Sequence record: MF459647.1
Reading direction: 5' to 3' (one strand)
Length of the DNA stretch: 64,000 nt
The notes beneath the pieces are model-generated. The model did no database searches. It saw only the letters and a list, made by a program, of their open reading frames with translations, and had not been told where the DNA came from. Shown here in pieces: positions 18,148 to 26,977 of this stretch (the stretch's first letter is position 1; each line of letters starts with the position of its first letter). The position numbers were made by a program, and so were the translations under genes.

Positions 18148-18660
18148 ATGCCACATTTCTTAGGGGCAGATTTTCATCTGTGTGACCCCAGTTCCCTCAA
18201 ATACCGAAAACAGTTTCCCTCTCTGGGGTATCACGACGAATACGTCTGCGATGTGGTCTTGGCCAAACTTCGCCCTAATGATCTGCTCACCATGGTAGGA
18301 GATTGCCTGGTGGGAAAGGGAGCCATTGAGCTGATTAAAAAGTTTCCCTGCCGTAAGCGCCTGATTGCAGGCAACCATGAATTTGAGAAAGGCATTAACT
18401 TCGCCGATTTAGTAGGAGTCGTGGATGAGATTCACTCATCGTACAAATGGCGAGGCCGTTTTAATATTGTCCATATTCCGCCGCATCCTGCCCATCTTCG
18501 TGGCAAGACTATTATTCATGGGCATCTTCACGAAGTCATTATACCTGATCCTCGTTTCATTAACGTCTCGTTAGAAGCGACAGGGTATCGTCTGGTACAG
18601 GCCGAAGAGATTATTACCGGCGAGTATCGTTCTTATCGTATTCCGGAGGTTTGCACGTGA
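18148..18660 (+). CDS. Calcineurin-like metallophosphoesterase
   Basis: DFH, VGD, GNHE, HIP and HGHLH motifs. Confidence 0.9.
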   Translation: MPHFLGADFHLCDPSSLKYRKQFPSLGYHDEYVCDVVLAKLRPNDLLTMVGDCLVGKGAIELIKKFPCRKRLIAGNHEFEKGINFADLVGVVDEIHSSYKWRGRFNIVHIPPHPAHLRGKTIIHGHLHEVIIPDPRFINVSLEATGYRLVQAEEIITGEYRSYRIPEVCT

Positions 18661-19040
18661 TCTTTGTTAATGGATATGCTAAAACCCACATCAACATCGC
18701 TAAGCCTGATGAACTGGTAGAGCGCATCGAAGTGATGCCCGTCACGGGATTACAGGCTAAAGCCGATATCCGCAAGCAGGTGGATGATTTGGTGCGTGAC
18801 CAGAAGCTGTGGGTATTAACAAGTGACCCCGCCAGCTTGAATCCCATTGACCCAAGCAGTCGTTGGTGCCGTGGTTATGTAACACACATCGATTGGATTG
18901 ATGACACCGAGGTCAAGGTCACCATGCAGGTCATGAAGCACACCCGTGGTGCCGAGTTTAACCGGTGGCAGCTTACTGCTAAACAAACCCGGAGTCGGGA
19001 AGACGGGCTTTATATTGAGCCCTACGTTCTACTGTTCTAA
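18657..19040 (+). CDS. Hypothetical protein
   Basis: GTG start after ggagg SD; GTGA overlap. Confidence 0.7.
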   Translation: MIFVNGYAKTHINIAKPDELVERIEVMPVTGLQAKADIRKQVDDLVRDQKLWVLTSDPASLNPIDPSSRWCRGYVTHIDWIDDTEVKVTMQVMKHTRGAEFNRWQLTAKQTRSREDGLYIEPYVLLF

Positions 19041-19066
19041 AAATTAATCTGGAGTTGTTCTCAGGT

Positions 19067-19084
19067 CTATATAGTTAAGGTGAA
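19067..19084 (+). promoter_or_regulatory. Early-type phage promoter motif
   Basis: cTATATAGT-taagg-TGAA, nearly identical to the 1062 copy. Confidence 0.65.
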
Positions 19085-19133
19085 TAAACAACATAGTTTA
19101 TCACTTTAATTCACCTGCCTGAGGATAACCCAA

Positions 19134-19427
19134 ATGAAACGTCGCATCTATAGCAACCCTGAAAAACTGTTTTCTGCTCTTACAAAACGTCACGCTGTGA
19201 AAGGTGACTGGTTAGGTCGTATGGCTGTCAAATTCGAAGAACTGGGCGTCGCCTTCCCTACTACGTGGTCTAAAGAAAAACGTGATGACTTCATCATGAC
19301 TTTCCTGAACACTGCAACAGTAGAAGATTGTGGCACCAAACTGTCTTTAATGACAGCGAAAGAAATTGGCAACGACGAGGCTCTGACCATTTTGTACGAT
19401 ATCATAAAAGCAGTATCAATAACCTAG
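19134..19427 (+). CDS. Hypothetical protein
   Basis: gagga SD; between the promoter motif and a terminator. Confidence 0.75.
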   Translation: MKRRIYSNPEKLFSALTKRHAVKGDWLGRMAVKFEELGVAFPTTWSKEKRDDFIMTFLNTATVEDCGTKLSLMTAKEIGNDEALTILYDIIKAVSIT

Positions 19428-19485
19428 CGGAGGAGCCTATGCTCACTCCGCTAGAGTTTATTTTTTTTTTGTCTCTTTTTTTTTT
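19424..19485 (+). terminator. Terminator with two T10 tracts
   Basis: ctagcggag/ctccgctag stem; T10 at 19461-70 and 19476-85. Confidence 0.7.
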
Positions 19486-19528
19486 CGTGTAATTTTATGA
19501 CCCGTCACTTTACATAAGGAATCGGTAA

Positions 19529-20212
19529 ATGAAAATCGGCATTGAGCAGACCCTTATCAATGCGCTTGTTAGGACACACACGCCTTTGGTTACTCCAGAG
19601 TTGGCTACGCGTTTATTCACTGATTTAGCCACATCTGAAATAATCGTAGTGCCGACTGCCGGGGATGTGACTTCCATGAAGTTTACTGCAGACATCACCT
19701 GTGAACGTCGACGATTCCGAGCACCGGACCAAACGTGGCAAGGATCCCCACTACAGGACATCATTAAGCCAGAGCTGCTGTATTCAGGAACACTGGATGA
19801 ATTCTTGGCTGAAGGTGATAATGCATTGATATTGGTAGACGACGGTAAGCTGTATGTTCCGTATTCTCCCGACGATACCTACATGACCGAAACAGAAGCT
19901 CTTGAGTTATTAAGCTTCGCCACGGGATTTGACTTTGGTGACATCGGTGAGATTAACGGCATTCACGCCACCAACTTCTTTACCAAAGAAACGATTACCA
20001 CTCCCCCTGCAAATCTAACGAACAGATTAGAGGCTGTTTGGACCATCACAGGCGGGATTATCAGTGGTACCGTGTTTTTCATTAATGATGGTTATTTCTC
20101 GTTTGCGGAAGACGTTGACCTTGGAACATTGCCTACTCAGTTAAACGGTGTTCTGGCGGAAAACGGTAACAGCTTCGTAACGGAACAAGGAACTTCTATT
20201 GTTACGGAGTAG
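19529..20212 (+). CDS. Putative virion protein (family with 20245 and 26262)
   Basis: LLSFATGFDF and IISGTVFFINDG match the paralogs; ends in an ENGNSFVTEQGTSIVTE tail-protein-like motif; TATG at 19496. Confidence 0.65.
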   Translation: MKIGIEQTLINALVRTHTPLVTPELATRLFTDLATSEIIVVPTAGDVTSMKFTADITCERRRFRAPDQTWQGSPLQDIIKPELLYSGTLDEFLAEGDNALILVDDGKLYVPYSPDDTYMTETEALELLSFATGFDFGDIGEINGIHATNFFTKETITTPPANLTNRLEAVWTITGGIISGTVFFINDGYFSFAEDVDLGTLPTQLNGVLAENGNSFVTEQGTSIVTE

Positions 20213-20244
20213 CAAACCCATACGCTATTATAAGGAAAGTTGCA

Positions 20245-20910
20245 ATGAAGATAGAACAAAGTTTGCTCGATCGTTTTATTGCCGTGCGTAGTTCGGAGTT
20301 AACGGCCGAACAGATAACCCAGTATTTTGACGGTCTTACCCTCGAAGACCTTCAGCTTACCGCCATCAAGTGGGACGGTAATAACAACCGAGCCGTTCGT
20401 GGCGTAATGGTGTGTAAGAGCCGTAAATGGCGAGCGATTCGTGTAGCATGGACCAACACCGCCATGTCCAGCATGATCAAACCGGATTTCCTGGATGACC
20501 GTACGTTGGCAGAATTCTTGACAGAGGTTGTACCGGGTAAGTTGCATGTCATCCCCAGTGACAACCGCGGTCAGATGGGTCATATCTGTATCCCGTCTGC
20601 TGCTGGACAGAGTTACGATCAAGAAACCCTGATGTCCTTGCTGGGTGCATTAACCGGGTACGACTTCACCGACATGGGGACATTAAAAGACGAGTACGGT
20701 AAGCCATGTCACGTTATTGAAACGTTCCCTAACCCAACGATAGAAGACAGCGTCATACCGGACATCAGCATGAATGGGCGTGTTGATTACGCGTACCGTA
20801 TCTCCGGTCCGATTGCCGAAGGTATCGTGCTGTTTGTGAATGACGGTTATCACCAGTTCCAGAATGATGTGGACATTGGTGTACTGCCGGGTGAGTTACC
20901 TACCACGTAA
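20245..20910 (+). CDS. Putative virion protein (family with 19529 and 26262)
   Basis: LLGALTGYDF; ISGPIAEGIVLFVNDG; DVDIGVL. Confidence 0.65.
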   Translation: MKIEQSLLDRFIAVRSSELTAEQITQYFDGLTLEDLQLTAIKWDGNNNRAVRGVMVCKSRKWRAIRVAWTNTAMSSMIKPDFLDDRTLAEFLTEVVPGKLHVIPSDNRGQMGHICIPSAAGQSYDQETLMSLLGALTGYDFTDMGTLKDEYGKPCHVIETFPNPTIEDSVIPDISMNGRVDYAYRISGPIAEGIVLFVNDGYHQFQNDVDIGVLPGELPTT

Positions 20911-20916
20911 TAATAA

Positions 20917-20942
20917 ACTCCTGGGGCTTCGGTCCTGGGAGT
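20917..20942 (+). terminator. Terminator hairpin
   Basis: actcctggggc-TTCG-gtcctgggagt. Confidence 0.65.
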
Positions 20943-20964
20943 CATTGTCATTATTTTTTCACAC

Positions 20965-20982
20965 CTACATTATCTATATGTA
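20965..20982 (+). promoter_or_regulatory. Early-type phage promoter motif
   Basis: cTACATTAT-ctata-TGTA; 20956-20982 is identical to 42033-42059 (27 nt). Confidence 0.7.
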
Positions 20983-21024
20983 AGACAACCGGTTTCTTAC
21001 TCATTTAACTCAAAAGGATAGATC

Positions 21025-21285
21025 ATGTCTAAGAGCATCAAAATCGCAGAATCGCAACTGGGCTTTGTTGGCGAAACCAAAGAGTTCGTGGTTACCGGTG
21101 TGAAAGCTGGTTCTTTCACCATCGCCAAAGACGAGCAGGTGCTGTCTGTGGAAGGTAGCCTCGACGGCCTGAAGGTTGCCGATCTGGTTGTGGTGAAAGA
21201 CGGTTCGCTGTGGAAGAAAGGCACCGAAACCAGTCAGAAAAAGCACAACCCGTCGCCAGCTACCATGGCTGAATACGGTTTCTAA
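21025..21285 (+). CDS. Small hypothetical protein, probably highly expressed
   Basis: aagga SD; monocistronic between promoter motif and terminator; biased codons. Confidence 0.8.
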   Translation: MSKSIKIAESQLGFVGETKEFVVTGVKAGSFTIAKDEQVLSVEGSLDGLKVADLVVVKDGSLWKKGTETSQKKHNPSPATMAEYGF

Positions 21286-21305
21286 TCTTCGATCATGCTG
21301 GCGCG

Positions 21306-21329
21306 CTCCGTACCCTTCGGGGTACGGAG
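21306..21329 (+). terminator. Terminator hairpin
   Basis: ctccgtaccc-TTCG-gggtacggag. Confidence 0.75.
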
Positions 21330-21364
21330 TTCAATAACTACAATATCAGAGTTTTTCGTGAACC

Positions 21365-21934
21365 ATGAAAAGAACAAAAAATATTAACCGAGCACGGTTT
21401 CGTAAGAAGTTAGTTGTAACTCACGCTTCTTTGTTTTACGGCGGGATATTAGGTGCTGCACTTTTCTTAACGGGGTGTGATGATACCACGACCCGAACTG
21501 AATACCTCAACCGTCCTTATACTGACGCGGTTGATTGTTACAAACACAGTGATTTAAGTTATGACGACTGTGTGCGTGGCCAGAAACAGGCCGTTGAAGA
21601 AGCCATGGCGACGAAACGCTTTTCCTCCAGAGAAGAGTGTCTTCGGGACAACCCCAATAACGATTGTCAACAGAACGGTAGCGGGTCCCATGCAACGTAC
21701 TACCCCTATCCCCACTATTACGGTTACAACACCGCCACGGGAACGGGACAAGCCTTTTACCAGGGAAGAAGCAGCAACAGTTTTTCCTCCTCTCAAGGTA
21801 AATCGTTTAACGCCAAAACGTCCAGTGTACCCAGAACGTACACAACCACACGTGGTGGTTTCGGTTCGTCTTTCGGATCTTCGTCTCATTCATCTTTCTC
21901 GTCTTCTTCCTCCCGGAGCAGTTTTGGGGGATAA
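21365..21934 (+). CDS. DUF1190 (YgiB / UPF0441-like) lipoprotein
   Basis: MKRTKNINRARFRK resembles the start of enterobacterial YgiB; FLTG-C lipobox; paired Cys; TTTRGGFGSS and a Ser-rich tail. Confidence 0.8.
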   Translation: MKRTKNINRARFRKKLVVTHASLFYGGILGAALFLTGCDDTTTRTEYLNRPYTDAVDCYKHSDLSYDDCVRGQKQAVEEAMATKRFSSREECLRDNPNNDCQQNGSGSHATYYPYPHYYGYNTATGTGQAFYQGRSSNSFSSSQGKSFNAKTSSVPRTYTTTRGGFGSSFGSSSHSSFSSSSSRSSFGG

Positions 21935-21951
21935 CCATTAAGGTAACAATT

Positions 21952-22503
21952 ATGAGCATCATTGTTTACTCACCGTCTGAGATGTGTATTATTGCAGATA
22001 CCTTTACTCTGCATACGGATGATTTCAACGGGGCTATCAGTCAGGCATCGTTTCGTAACGAAAGCAAGATTGTTACCACAGACGATCAACATTTCGCCTA
22101 CTGCTTTGAAGAGACCCAGGCTCCGGCATTTATTCCGGTACTGACGGCGTACCTTAAACGGTATGAACTTGGGTTGCTGAAGAAAGACGACAAGCTTCCC
22201 CTCTATGAACCCATTCAGTTCTCGCTGGGTATCATGAGTAAACGTTACATGTACCGGGTCATCAACCGGAAAGACAAGATCACCATCAGTCGTCGAGTGA
22301 TGACGTTCTGTAATCATTGTGACAATGCGTCGTTAATGTATGCGGCTAAATTGCCAGCAATGGAAGTGTGGGAAGAGCTAACGAAGATGGATGATGTCTA
22401 TCATGGGTTAGTGCCAGACGTGGTCACCAACAAGCATCTCAAGCTGATTAAGAAGCAAAAGAAAACCACCGTCCAGCCTGACCAGATTACGACCGAGGTG
22501 TAA
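21952..22503 (+). CDS. Hypothetical protein, possible Ntn-hydrolase (HslV-like) fold
   Basis: N-terminal M-SIIVY...IIADT pattern; weak support. Confidence 0.45.
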   Translation: MSIIVYSPSEMCIIADTFTLHTDDFNGAISQASFRNESKIVTTDDQHFAYCFEETQAPAFIPVLTAYLKRYELGLLKKDDKLPLYEPIQFSLGIMSKRYMYRVINRKDKITISRRVMTFCNHCDNASLMYAAKLPAMEVWEELTKMDDVYHGLVPDVVTNKHLKLIKKQKKTTVQPDQITTEV

Positions 22504-22506
22504 CCC

Positions 22507-22983
22507 ATGTTTATTACCGACAATAAGTATGCTGCCTTCAGCGATTGCAAAGACGACATGAAATGTGGTCCGTATGAAGTTATGCCGTATGTGGTAGAGT
22601 ATAAAGAACAACACTACCTGTTGTGGCAGGGCGAGATTAAAAACGCAAAAGGTACCGACCGTTATACACTGGGTTTGTTAATGAACAAGCACGGTGTGTT
22701 CTTCCATTGCCAAATCGATCAGGTCACCCTGTCCGTAATGCAAACTGTACCGGCGATTAAGAACCGTGTACTGAGCCTCTGTAGTGTGGACTCCGAGAAC
22801 GGGCGTTTCCAGGTGGGAATTATGGAACGGGCTATGCGTTATCACGGTTGGTCGGTGAAAGAGCTGTTTGATAACTTCCGCAACTGCGGGACCTCTTACC
22901 TGACGCAGTGTGTCAGCATTGATGATTTGAAGAAACGCCTGGAGAAAGTAAATGAAAGTGACATCAACTACCACCTCAATTAA
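22507..22983 (+). CDS. Hypothetical protein
   Basis: Tiles the run. Confidence 0.7.
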   Translation: MFITDNKYAAFSDCKDDMKCGPYEVMPYVVEYKEQHYLLWQGEIKNAKGTDRYTLGLLMNKHGVFFHCQIDQVTLSVMQTVPAIKNRVLSLCSVDSENGRFQVGIMERAMRYHGWSVKELFDNFRNCGTSYLTQCVSIDDLKKRLEKVNESDINYHLN

Positions 22984-23323
22984 GAGCGTGGAGATTACTG
23001 GCACCATGATTGCAGGACCACACAAGTTAACCCGCAGTGTGCGTCGTGAATTGTTGGAAAGCATTAAGCGGGAAGAACTGAAAGTATACCAGCGCATCTT
23101 AAGCTACGGAGCCAAGACCTATGCCGAACTTGAGTTGGCACAGTGCGGTGAAGTTACCTCCCTGCATTTCCACGACAAAAAGAAAACCAACAAGGTTACC
23201 GTTGTCCTGGATAAAGCCACCTGGGAAAACCGCAGCTGGGCCAGTTCGTTTGACTTGGTACGTTTATACGTGGTCGATAAAGTCCTCGGCCCTCACTACA
23301 TTTATGGTTTACGTTTCCTGTAA
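22952..23323 (+). CDS. Hypothetical protein
   Basis: ggag SD; overlaps the previous stop. Confidence 0.65.
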   Translation: MKVTSTTTSIKSVEITGTMIAGPHKLTRSVRRELLESIKREELKVYQRILSYGAKTYAELELAQCGEVTSLHFHDKKKTNKVTVVLDKATWENRSWASSFDLVRLYVVDKVLGPHYIYGLRFL

Positions 23324-23333
23324 GGATAGAACA

Positions 23334-23918
23334 ATGTCTGATTCCGTTAAGCACACACCGCACAACCGTCATCCTGAAGGTGACGATCCGTTTGAAAAAT
23401 ACATTCGCTTAGAGCGCCACCAGTTGGCCATGGGCGATTTAACCGACGATGCATTAGCCAATGCCGTTTACCTGCACGGTAACGTAACACCGAAGATTGA
23501 AGACGTGTTAAGCGGTGAAGCAAAAATGCCGATCATTTATCTTACCGCGGCCAAAGAACGTATTCGCTGGTTAAGCCGCCGCAACATGAAGCTGGAACAA
23601 CAGCTGGCAGAAGCGCAAGCTGCCCTGGCAGAGAAGAACCGTTATGTTCAAATTGACGGGGCGGTCAGTGAACACGGTTCGGCAAACGGCGAACTTAAGA
23701 ACATCATATTGAAACAGCTTTCCCACACTCCGGCCAAAGAGATCTCTATCTCCAAGCCATTACAAGACGCTATCAAGAACGGCGGTGGAATTCCTCGCGG
23801 AAGTTTTTATATGATTGCTGCAATTACTCCGCCTGAAAAGTCACGCCTTCTGATTATAGAAGGTTCCTATGACACTACTGAAAAAGCTCCCGATGGGGGA
23901 GAAGGCCAGGGAAGTTGA
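23334..23918 (+). CDS. Hypothetical protein (coiled coil plus a possible helicase-like remnant)
   Basis: taagga SD before ATG 23334. Confidence 0.7.
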   Translation: MSDSVKHTPHNRHPEGDDPFEKYIRLERHQLAMGDLTDDALANAVYLHGNVTPKIEDVLSGEAKMPIIYLTAAKERIRWLSRRNMKLEQQLAEAQAALAEKNRYVQIDGAVSEHGSANGELKNIILKQLSHTPAKEISISKPLQDAIKNGGGIPRGSFYMIAAITPPEKSRLLIIEGSYDTTEKAPDGGEGQGS

Positions 23919-24231
23919 TACCCTGGCTTTAAGTGAACTCATTGAAGATGGCCTGCACGAAACTGAAACGTCAGGCTACTTCAAATCCAAACGCGGTGGT
24001 TACGTTTATTTAAGTGCTGCCGCGGCGGCTGTTATCCGGCTTTTTGTTGCTGACATTAAGGCCCACGCTAAAGAACACAAATACGAGTTCGCAAATGCAA
24101 CCAAACAAGGTTGCTTTATGTTGTGGAAGCATTCCAACGAGAAAGCCCGCAACCGTGAACTTTATTATCGTTATGCGTTTCATCCACCGGTTGAAAGACA
24201 CATCCCGGTGGTGGACCTGCAAATTCCGTAG
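23869..24231 (+). CDS. Hypothetical protein
   Basis: Tiles the run. Confidence 0.65.
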   Translation: MTLLKKLPMGEKAREVDTLALSELIEDGLHETETSGYFKSKRGGYVYLSAAAAAVIRLFVADIKAHAKEHKYEFANATKQGCFMLWKHSNEKARNRELYYRYAFHPPVERHIPVVDLQIP

Positions 24232-24240
24232 GGAACCCCC

Positions 24241-24630
24241 ATGAAAAACCATGGCATTATCCGTCGTACTCCTGAAAACAGTCTCCATACGTTCCTGGTG
24301 AAGTTGGACGCGGACTGTGTCCCTGAAGGTGATAACCGTCAAATCTTTGCGGTAATCGACCGTCAGTTTCAAACGCTTGGGACAGCGCGTATTAAAGAAC
24401 GTCGACACGGTCAATATGTGTTTGAGATGGTTATCCCCAATAAAGCCACAGCCGCCGCGTTGTATTCGTTAACCGATAAAGAAAACCAATCTGCGGGGAA
24501 CATTTGGGGGCACAGCAACCGACGTTGCCAGGATATCTTCTGTATTGAGCTGGGTATCATGAGCCAGGCTAACAGTCCGGAAAGTTTTGGCTATCGGGAA
24601 TACAACCCGATTTACCGTAACCTGCACTAA
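24241..24630 (+). CDS. Hypothetical protein
   Basis: Tiles the run. Confidence 0.7.
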   Translation: MKNHGIIRRTPENSLHTFLVKLDADCVPEGDNRQIFAVIDRQFQTLGTARIKERRHGQYVFEMVIPNKATAAALYSLTDKENQSAGNIWGHSNRRCQDIFCIELGIMSQANSPESFGYREYNPIYRNLH

Positions 24631-24695
24631 GTAAAGTTTCTCTGGTGGTTTATTATATTACGTAAACCACCTCACTCCCTTTAAAAGGAAACCTC

Positions 24696-25310
24696 ATGTT
24701 TAACGTCACCATTTTTGATAAGATCATCAGCTGGTCTAAAGCCCGCAACATTATTGGTGCTGGTACTACTATCGGTCAGGTTGGTAAATTCAACGAAGAA
24801 GTCGGGGAAATCCAAACCGGTTTGGTACGGACCAACGTTGCTGATATCAAAGATGCGGTTGGGGATGCGCTGGTTATTATGACCAACGTGCTGACAATGG
24901 AGCAGTACGCAGTAAAGCAAACCATTAACCTGTTGGTGGAACCGACGCTGCGTTTTAAAGACCTGCACGACAACCACATCATTTGTGGCATCAACTACAA
25001 GTGGTGTAAATATTTCTGGGAAGAAGGTTTCCTGGGGATGTGCATGACCGATCTGGATGACTTGGCAAGCGATGTAGTCGAGCTGCTGGCTGAACTGGCC
25101 CGTCGTCATGGGTTTACCTTGACCGAAGCCATCGAACATTCCTACGCTCAGATTGAGCACCGTGTGGGTATCTTCTATAACAACGTCTTCATCAAGCAAC
25201 AAGACTTCACCGTTGACCTGTTGCAGAACATCATCGCTGACAGTGAAATCACTGATGATGTCCGTATCTTTGCTGACGAACAACTTCACCTGCTGCGAGA
25301 GAAACTGTAA
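24696..25310 (+). CDS. MazG-like (all-alpha) NTP pyrophosphohydrolase
   Basis: WSKARNII...QVGKFNEEVGEI...IKDAVGDALV (EExxE and DxxxD) and YAQIEHRVG. Confidence 0.8.
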   Translation: MFNVTIFDKIISWSKARNIIGAGTTIGQVGKFNEEVGEIQTGLVRTNVADIKDAVGDALVIMTNVLTMEQYAVKQTINLLVEPTLRFKDLHDNHIICGINYKWCKYFWEEGFLGMCMTDLDDLASDVVELLAELARRHGFTLTEAIEHSYAQIEHRVGIFYNNVFIKQQDFTVDLLQNIIADSEITDDVRIFADEQLHLLREKL

Positions 25311-25582
25311 TGTCCGAAATCAAAATTGAACAAAAGCTCAGCAAGCAACACAGCGCGGATATGCAAGCCCAGTATAAAAACGGAGTGGTGTATATCCTGA
25401 GCAAGCGTCCAGACGACAACAAGTGTGTGGCAGACCTGATTGCCGGTAAAGCCAAACGCATCATGTTCCTGCACTCTAAGCTGGTCGTTCACGCTGAGGT
25501 TCTGAACAATGCCGATATTGACATGAAAGGCAAATTCAAGGTCAGTAAGCTCGACGACGGTTTCGCTATTCATCCACTGTAA
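25310..25582 (+). CDS. Hypothetical protein
   Basis: TAATG coupling. Confidence 0.75.
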   Translation: MSEIKIEQKLSKQHSADMQAQYKNGVVYILSKRPDDNKCVADLIAGKAKRIMFLHSKLVVHAEVLNNADIDMKGKFKVSKLDDGFAIHPL

Positions 25583-25624
25583 CAGTTGCCTCCTTACCCT
25601 AGGGTAAGGAGGTAGGAGCTTATT

Positions 25625-26038
25625 ATGAATCTTTTGATTATTCCTGGGTTTATTGCATTTATTGCGTTACTGCTTGTATTCCCAAAGAAAGACCGTACCC
25701 CTGGTCGTAAAACAGTCGCGTGGTGTATGTTGGGTGTTGCTGCCTTCTTCACGGTACAAATCTTTACAATAGATTACGTGTACAATCGTGTAGGGGACAA
25801 GTATTATGTCGAAGGTACCATCACCCAAACCGGTCCTGCTAAAGACGGCGGGTTCTTTGAACAAGCAGGATGTTATGCCAGTGTTCGCACCGAGAGTGGT
25901 CATATCGTCACTCCTTGGATACCCAACTGCGGGGTCGTGGGAATGAAAGTGTATAAAGCTTGCGAAGGCACTAGCTGTTATGGTTCATGGGTTAGTTATA
26001 ATGAGTTGTCCCCAGGGCATCGTCTCTCCCGCAGTTAA
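25625..26038 (+). CDS. Two-TM protein with a Cys-containing C-terminal domain
   Basis: Two hydrophobic helices; four Cys in the C-terminal domain. Confidence 0.7.
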   Translation: MNLLIIPGFIAFIALLLVFPKKDRTPGRKTVAWCMLGVAAFFTVQIFTIDYVYNRVGDKYYVEGTITQTGPAKDGGFFEQAGCYASVRTESGHIVTPWIPNCGVVGMKVYKACEGTSCYGSWVSYNELSPGHRLSRS

Positions 26039-26040
26039 CC

Positions 26041-26071
26041 TACTCCTACTCCCTTTTGGGGAGTAGGAGTA
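26041..26071 (+). terminator. Terminator of the tactcct/aggagta family
   Basis: tactcctactccc-ttttg-gggagtaggagta; 13-bp stem identical to 41016-41045. Confidence 0.8.
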
Positions 26072-26215
26072 AACCCTGGCTTATTTATTGTTTGTATCTT
26101 GGATGTCGTAATACTTCGTATTACTCCGCTATTAACTGTCGATCCCTGGACAGTATAGGTAGGATGATATTAATAAGTTAATATAATAGTACCAAAATAA
26201 AACTTTATGGGTTTA

Positions 26216-26223
26216 ATGTTATG
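26216..26223 (+). promoter_or_regulatory. Late-type TATG promoter motif
   Basis: atgtTATG. Confidence 0.45.
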
Positions 26224-26261
26224 CAACACCCGAAGTCGTATTATTTGAAAAGGATACCATC

Positions 26262-26912
26262 ATGGCTCTTATTAATTTCGAAACCGCGTTTCTGGACAAG
26301 TTCAAAGCAGCTCACACTGAAGAACATGACCTGAGCGCACTCCTGCCGCAGCACCTGTCTGTTGCAGCAGCAGCTATCGCCGACGTGGGTGGTGCTGCTA
26401 AATTCAAAGGCAACGTTGTCTCTGTTGTAGGTTCTCCGATCAAGTTCTCTGCGGTTGATCAGCTGTGGAACCCGACCAAGCTGTCTGCGCTGGTCATGGA
26501 CGGTTACATCACTGAAACCGATCCGGCTGTGTTCACCTCGAACACCACCAAAGAAGTGTACACCGAAGAGGGTACCATCGTTCTGCGTCTGGAAACCCTG
26601 ACCGGTGACGGCGCATCTGACCTCGACCTGATCAAAGATCGTCTGGGCGTCCTGACCAACTATGACTTCGCCACTGCGGGCGCTATCGTAACGGCTGAAG
26701 GTGTAACCGGTCTGGTGCAGGTAACTGCAACTGACGGTTCTTCTGAACTCGACGGTTCTGCACTGAAGTCCGAAGATTTCGACCACGTGTACAAAATCGC
26801 CCTGGGCGGTAAACTGTTCGACGGCGAACTGGTGTTCGTGGTTGGCGGTAACGGTACTGTTGAACTGGCGTCCAAAGATCTCGGTGACGTCGCTACTCAG
26901 CAGACTGTTTAA
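26262..26912 (+). CDS. Putative abundant virion protein (family with 19529 and 20245)
   Basis: FLDKF N-terminus; LGVLTNYDF; LFDGELVFVVGG; SKDLGDV; very strong codon bias. Confidence 0.7.
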   Translation: MALINFETAFLDKFKAAHTEEHDLSALLPQHLSVAAAAIADVGGAAKFKGNVVSVVGSPIKFSAVDQLWNPTKLSALVMDGYITETDPAVFTSNTTKEVYTEEGTIVLRLETLTGDGASDLDLIKDRLGVLTNYDFATAGAIVTAEGVTGLVQVTATDGSSELDGSALKSEDFDHVYKIALGGKLFDGELVFVVGGNGTVELASKDLGDVATQQTV

Positions 26913-26930
26913 ACCACTCTCTAAATAAGC

Positions 26931-26969
26931 AACCTTCTACCCTACCCCGTAAAGGGTAGGGTAGGGGTT
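26931..26969. terminator. Bidirectional terminator between convergent genes
   Basis: ctaccctaccc-cgtaaa-gggtagggtag. Confidence 0.75.
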
Positions 26970-26977
26970 TATGCTGT

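Noticed and set aside
19461-19485. Phase-variable poly-T tracts
   Set aside because: They are intergenic, immediately after a terminator stem, and more simply read as a U-tail and AT-rich UP region; no reading frame is affected
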